Origin: Bacteriovoracaceae bacterium
GTDB lineage: Bacteria; Bdellovibrionota; Bacteriovoracia; Bacteriovoracales; Bacteriovoracaceae
DNA length: 64,000 nucleotides
Reading direction: 5' to 3'
NCBI GenBank assembly: GCA_048270185.1
Contig: JBLWTJ010000001.1
Coordinates: 1,184,001-1,248,000, forward strand
The notes under the pieces were generated by a model that had not been told where the DNA came from, ran no database searches, and saw only the letters and a list, made by a program, of their open reading frames with translations. Every line of letters starts with the position of its first letter. Position 1 is the first letter of the stretch. Position numbers and translations under genes: made by a program. Positions 59,444-64,000 of the stretch are shown piece by piece.

Positions 59444-60436
59444 ATGATCGAAACAATTAACCTCACAAAGAAATTTACAAGCTTTAAAAAAGAAGAAGGG
59501 TTTAAAGGAAGTGTTAAATCTTTTTTTAACCGCGAACCAATAACAAAGTATGCCGTTAATGATTTCAGCTTTAAGGTAGAAAGAGGTGAAATAAAAGGTT
59601 TATTAGGGCCAAATGGTGCGGGTAAAACAACACTGATGAAGATGCTGACTGGAATTATCGTTCCTTCAAGTGGAGAGGTAACAATTGCAGGTTATAAACC
59701 TTGGCAAAGAGACAAGGAATTTAGAAAGAAGATAGCACTTGTCATGGGACAAAAGTCACAATTATGGTGGGACATTCCTGCCATGGATTCATTTAAGCTT
59801 CTTCAAAAATACTATGAGATTGATGACCAAAGTTTTAATAAGAAATTAAATTATATGGGTGAGCTCCTAGGTGTTACAGAGCTTTTTCACATTCACGTTA
59901 GAAAGCTATCCCTTGGAGAGCGCATGAAGCTTGAGCTTATGGCTTCCCTTCTTCATGAGCCAGAGGTTCTATTCTTAGATGAGCCAACAATTGGACTCGA
60001 TCTTGTGGCCCAAGAAAATATGCGCAATTTCTTAAAAGAATATCACGCACAAAATAATCTCTCGATTATCCTAACTTCACACTACATGGCCGATGTACAG
60101 GCCCTTTGCAAAGACCTTGTACTTATTTCGAAAGGTCAAAAAGCATATGACGGACCTCTTCAAAATTTAGAAAGAATTTTAGGGGATAAGAAGTCTGTTT
60201 ATTTTAGTTTTGATAAGAGTATTGATCCAAAGGAAGAGTTTTGGACTAAATTAGATTGTGACTTCTTTGATGCTAATTCAAGTGTTGAACTTAGAGTTGA
60301 TAAGAAGGATCTTTCAGAAATTTCGACAGCAGTTCTATCGAAGTATCCAGTTATTGACTTCCATACAGAGAAGCTTCCAATTGAAAAAGTCATGAAGAAG
60401 ATTATGGAAAATCCGGAGATTTTAAGTAATGTCTAA
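59444..60436 (+). CDS. ABC transporter ATP-binding protein
   Basis: GPNGAGKT, LSLGERMK, LFLDEPTIGLD, TSH. Confidence 0.93.
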   Translation: MIETINLTKKFTSFKKEEGFKGSVKSFFNREPITKYAVNDFSFKVERGEIKGLLGPNGAGKTTLMKMLTGIIVPSSGEVTIAGYKPWQRDKEFRKKIALVMGQKSQLWWDIPAMDSFKLLQKYYEIDDQSFNKKLNYMGELLGVTELFHIHVRKLSLGERMKLELMASLLHEPEVLFLDEPTIGLDLVAQENMRNFLKEYHAQNNLSIILTSHYMADVQALCKDLVLISKGQKAYDGPLQNLERILGDKKSVYFSFDKSIDPKEEFWTKLDCDFFDANSSVELRVDKKDLSEISTAVLSKYPVIDFHTEKLPIEKVMKKIMENPEILSNV

Positions 60437-61226
60437 TCTTATTAAATGGTGGCAAACCATTAAGATTTCCATTGTTAAGCACACGGCCTATCGTCTCAAC
60501 TTCTTCCTCCAAGTTATTGGCCCTGCTCTAGTCTTCCTCTTTATTAAGTATAATCTATGGGTCGCCATTTTTGATAGTACAGGAGCTGAGACAATTAAGG
60601 GTTACACACTTAAGGCGATGCTGACATATCATGTTTGGGCCTTTGTAGTATCTCAACTTGCACAAGGTCATACAGCTCTTAATCTTGCACTAGATATACG
60701 CATGGGAAGAATTTCAACTTATCTGATCTATCCGTTTAATTTCTGGGAATTTCACACTGCTTCATTTCTTGGTTTTCAGCTAATTCAACTTGTTGTTACA
60801 GGTTTTGCCATTTTCTTATTTTCTATTTTAGGGATACTTCCAAATGTAGATTTCATGACACTCTTAAACGGTGTTGGAATTTGCCTATTTGTCAGTCTCT
60901 TCTGGTTCTCACTTCAATACTTAACGGGTGTCATGGCCTTCTGGTTAGAAGAAACTTGGATTCTAAGAGTGATGCTTCAAATGGTAACAGTCTTCTTATC
61001 TGGTGCAATTATACCTTTAGAGCTCTACCCTGACTTTTTTAGAGAACTTTTAATGTACACTCCATTTCCTTACTTAACATATTACCCAATTAAAATATTT
61101 ATGGGAGAGGCCGTGAATTATACTAAATTCTTTACAGTCCTTGGGCCTTGGCTAATCGTTATTAGTGGAATATGTACACTGACATGGAAGCGTGGAATTA
61201 GACTTTATACGGCGGCGGGGATGTAA
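60429..61226 (+). CDS. ABC-2 type permease
   Basis: YR..F, DIRMGRISTYLIYP, LSGAIIPL. Confidence 0.85.
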   Translation: MSNLIKWWQTIKISIVKHTAYRLNFFLQVIGPALVFLFIKYNLWVAIFDSTGAETIKGYTLKAMLTYHVWAFVVSQLAQGHTALNLALDIRMGRISTYLIYPFNFWEFHTASFLGFQLIQLVVTGFAIFLFSILGILPNVDFMTLLNGVGICLFVSLFWFSLQYLTGVMAFWLEETWILRVMLQMVTVFLSGAIIPLELYPDFFRELLMYTPFPYLTYYPIKIFMGEAVNYTKFFTVLGPWLIVISGICTLTWKRGIRLYTAAGM

Positions 61227-62026
61227 TGAGTTTTGGTTCAGAAGTAAAACACTATCTTTCAGTTTACAAGAAGTTTGTTTCAACAAGTACGGCCGTGGCC
61301 ATGAGCTTTCGAACAAGTTTTGTTCTAATGGTTATCATGGATCTTTTATTCTTTGCTTCAGCCTATTTTACTGTCGATTTTATTTTTGATCACGTTGATA
61401 TGGTCATGGGATGGAAGAGAGAACAATTCATGCTCTTTCTCTCTTATATGCTTTTAATGGATGGCCTGCATATGATTATCTTTAGTCAAAATTTCTGGCG
61501 TTTTAGTGATGATCTAAAGTCAGGACAACTCGACTACACGATCCTAAGGCCACTAAGTTCAATCTTTAGTGTCTTCTTTCGACATGTGCGTCCTTCATCA
61601 ATTCCAACATTGATTCCGGCCATTGTTGTCTTTTGCTACTACGCCAATCTCAATGGATTTTATCTACTTCAATGGATCTTAATCATTCCACTACTATTCT
61701 TATCACTTGGGCTTATTGCACTAGTAGAATTTGTCATAAGTTGTGCCATGTTCTGGTTAGTTGAAGGTGTTGGAATTAACTTCTTTAGAATGCAGATGCA
61801 GCAACTTGCTCGCTGGCCTGATATTATTTACGGAACAGCAACCAAGAGATTCTTTACTTTCCTACTTCCAATTCTATTAGTTGGCTCTGCGCCGATTCAC
61901 TTTATTCTCGACTATAGTAAGTGGCACTATATTGTCATTATGATTGTAGCAGCAGTGGTTTTTAAAATTATTTTAGTATGGTTATGGGAAAGAGGACTAC
62001 AGGTCTATGACTCTGCGTCCTCTTAG
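61226..62026 (+). CDS. ABC-2 type permease
   Basis: FR..F, GW, LKSGQLDYTILRP, RWP.IIY. Confidence 0.85.
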   Translation: MSFGSEVKHYLSVYKKFVSTSTAVAMSFRTSFVLMVIMDLLFFASAYFTVDFIFDHVDMVMGWKREQFMLFLSYMLLMDGLHMIIFSQNFWRFSDDLKSGQLDYTILRPLSSIFSVFFRHVRPSSIPTLIPAIVVFCYYANLNGFYLLQWILIIPLLFLSLGLIALVEFVISCAMFWLVEGVGINFFRMQMQQLARWPDIIYGTATKRFFTFLLPILLVGSAPIHFILDYSKWHYIVIMIVAAVVFKIILVWLWERGLQVYDSASS

Positions 62027-62032
62027 TATTTT

Positions 62033-63640
62033 TTAGCTAGCAATTTTTAAATGACTACGGACATCGTCTTGGTCTTGCCCCTTAAAGACAAGCTCGATAT
62101 CACCTATTGATCGGTTCACAAAATTAACTTCACTTAATAGGTTTTCGGCAATACTTGAATTCCCTTTGGCAATTCCTGTATTTGACTTCGATGATAGATC
62201 AATTTCAGAGATTGATTTTTGAAGTTCCGTAATACCTTTTGATTGTTCAAGTGCAGCCGAAGTAATCTCTTCAATTGAATGACCAACGTTGGCAACACTG
62301 GCCACAATATCATCAAGGATTCCACCACATTCATTGGCCACATCTGAACCTGAAGTCACACTATTTCTAACTTTTTCGACAATGACTTTTAAGTTATTAT
62401 TCGATTCTTCAATAATATGATTAACTTCAGAAACACTTGTTCCAACCATTTCTGAAATTTCAACAGAAGCATTTCCACTCATCTGCGCTAATTTACCGAC
62501 TTCCTCTGCAACAACTGCAAAGCCTTTACCGGCCTCACCAGCTCGAGCGGCTTCAACAGATGCATTAAACGAGAGAAGCTTTGTTTGAAAAACAATGTCG
62601 TTAATAACTTGTGTTCTTTCTTCAATACGATTAATAAGTTCAACAATTTTTAACATCTTATCACTGTTATTATTAAACTCTGTTAGCATGAGATTAATAT
62701 CTTCATCAATTTCCCCCATCGAAGAAATCATTTTTTTCACAATACCCTTTCCAACACCAGCTTTCTCAAGACTGATACTAGCTAATTCATTCGAACTTTT
62801 CGCATTTTCCGCAGTCATACGCACCATCGAAGAAATTTCTTCAAGAGATGAAGAAGATTCCTGAAGGGATGAATCTTGTCTTTCAGATGAGCGAGTCAAT
62901 TCACTTGAAGAAGTAGCAATACTTTTTGCACTTTTAACAAGTTCATGTGAAGAATGAGTTAGCGAACTAATTGTTTCAAGAACCATATTAGATATTTTCG
63001 TTGCATATCTAACTCCTATCGTTAGGCCAAAGAGTGCTCCAATGACAGAAACAAGCCCAATGATAGTCAGAAGCTTATTTGAAGTATTCTTTACAATATG
63101 AGCAGAGCTTGCAACTTCATTTTCAATTTTAGCGACATAGAGATCTAATACACGCTGAAAATTGGCCGCAGCCTCTGGACAATCGACTAAGAATATTTCA
63201 TATAACTCATCATCGGCCTTCTTTGTCTTTAGTTGTGCAAGCTCAAGTGCTCTTGCCCCAACTTTTTTAAAGGCAATCCATTCTCGATGAAGATCTTTAA
63301 AGATCTTCTTCTCTTCTTCATTTGTAATAAGTTTTTCTAGATTTCTTTCTGCTTCTTCAAACTGATTAATCATCTTCTTTGTATTAGCAATTGCATCTTT
63401 CTTAGCAATATTATTAATACCCTGAAGGCCTAAAGTTCTGACCTCAATTCGAGTCTTTTGATAAGATACATTCATCTCATCTAAGTACATCTTTCTTGGA
63501 ATAATATCATTACTGAAGCTTTCAGACTGTGTTGCTAATTCAGAGACTCCAAATGTTGAGACTCCACCAATAATTGCGCTGACTAAAGTTAGAAATACAC
63601 AAAGAAAAATTAATTTTATTTTAAAATTCTTATTCTTCAT
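62033..63640 (-). CDS. Methyl-accepting chemotaxis protein with four-helix-bundle sensor
   Basis: Two TMs; [38 protein letters not shown]. Confidence 0.95.
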   Translation of the reverse strand: MKNKNFKIKLIFLCVFLTLVSAIIGGVSTFGVSELATQSESFSNDIIPRKMYLDEMNVSYQKTRIEVRTLGLQGINNIAKKDAIANTKKMINQFEEAERNLEKLITNEEEKKIFKDLHREWIAFKKVGARALELAQLKTKKADDELYEIFLVDCPEAAANFQRVLDLYVAKIENEVASSAHIVKNTSNKLLTIIGLVSVIGALFGLTIGVRYATKISNMVLETISSLTHSSHELVKSAKSIATSSSELTRSSERQDSSLQESSSSLEEISSMVRMTAENAKSSNELASISLEKAGVGKGIVKKMISSMGEIDEDINLMLTEFNNNSDKMLKIVELINRIEERTQVINDIVFQTKLLSFNASVEAARAGEAGKGFAVVAEEVGKLAQMSGNASVEISEMVGTSVSEVNHIIEESNNNLKVIVEKVRNSVTSGSDVANECGGILDDIVASVANVGHSIEEITSAALEQSKGITELQKSISEIDLSSKSNTGIAKGNSSIAENLLSEVNFVNRSIGDIELVFKGQDQDDVRSHLKIAS

Positions 63641-63662
63641 TTATCCTCCATACACAAAGGAC

Positions 63663-63689
63663 ACATCGTCAGTAATTTTAAGAACTTAA
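63663..63689 (-). promoter_or_regulatory. Possible sigma28 promoter of the second MCP
   Basis: Minus strand TTAA-N15-GACGATGT; weaker match. Confidence 0.4.
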
Positions 63690-63786
63690 GTTTACTAACT
63701 TAACTAAAACTATAGATAGAAAAATAAAAAAAATTGAAAATCAATGATTTTAGTAGTTTAGATTTTTAAATTTTTTGAAATTATCT

Positions 63787-64000
63787 TTAATGAGTTTCGA
63801 CCTTTTCACACGATCCCTTATGCTTGATTGTCACTTTCTCACAACGAGCATTACAAGCACTTCCATAAGTCTTTCCGTCGACTCCACAAACGGGCATCCA
63901 AATCATAGGACAGACACAGACTGACTTATCAAGACTTTCAGGTTTCTTAGGAGAAGTCTTCTCCACTTTTTGACATGGGCCCTTTTTAATATCTTCGAGC
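63787..64000 (-). CDS. Kazal-type serine protease inhibitor domain protein (partial, 3' end)
   Basis: Not in ORF track. Translation: [70 protein letters not shown]. Confidence 0.88.
   Translation of the reverse strand, partial: LEDIKKGPCQKVEKTSPKKPESLDKSVCVCPMIWMPVCGVDGKTYGSACNARCEKVTIKHKGSCEKVETH

Noticed and set aside
2211..62864. Many short ORF-track entries nested in or antisense to recognised genes (e.g. 2211, 3855, 18638, 22301, 38156, 57547, 62595)
   Set aside because: Shadow frames of well-supported genes with no motifs or RBS support.

Overview
AT-rich bacterial chromosomal segment. The MCP signature, 'VVYGEDNR'-type secreted trypsin, many orphan lipoproteins and gene content suggest a predatory Bdellovibrionota member, probably Halobacteriovorax/Bacteriovoracaceae (inference, not verified by search). 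It is mostly core genome: proteolysis (lon, clpX, clpP, clpA, clpS), asnB with a divergent Lrp/AsnC regulator, ahpC, coaD, rsmD, gshB, miaB, ilvA, astE, hutU, msrA, a TrmH methylase, an ABC exporter and two MCPs. I saw no rRNA, tRNA, CRISPR array, integrase or transposase. Best candidates for undescribed biology: (1) a terminator-bounded, AT-rich five-gene lipid-oxidation cassette (AurF-like diiron enzyme, epoxide hydrolase, His-box desaturase, MMPL transporter, RetSat/CrtI-like flavoprotein; 49953-56425); (2) an NlpC/P60 lipoprotein overlapping a small 4-Cys secreted partner, resembling an effector/self-immunity pair; (3) two paralogous 84-aa acidic proteins ending in ssrA-like -IAA/-LAA degrons; (4) a recurring sigma28-like promoter linking MCPs, the NlpC/P60 pair, a lipoprotein and an H1/Hc2-like histone-like protein; (5) apparently dead 'pseudo' proteins (N6-methyltransferase-fold, ECF sigma, histidine kinase); (6) strong GGCC over-representation. 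All calls come from motif recognition by eye.
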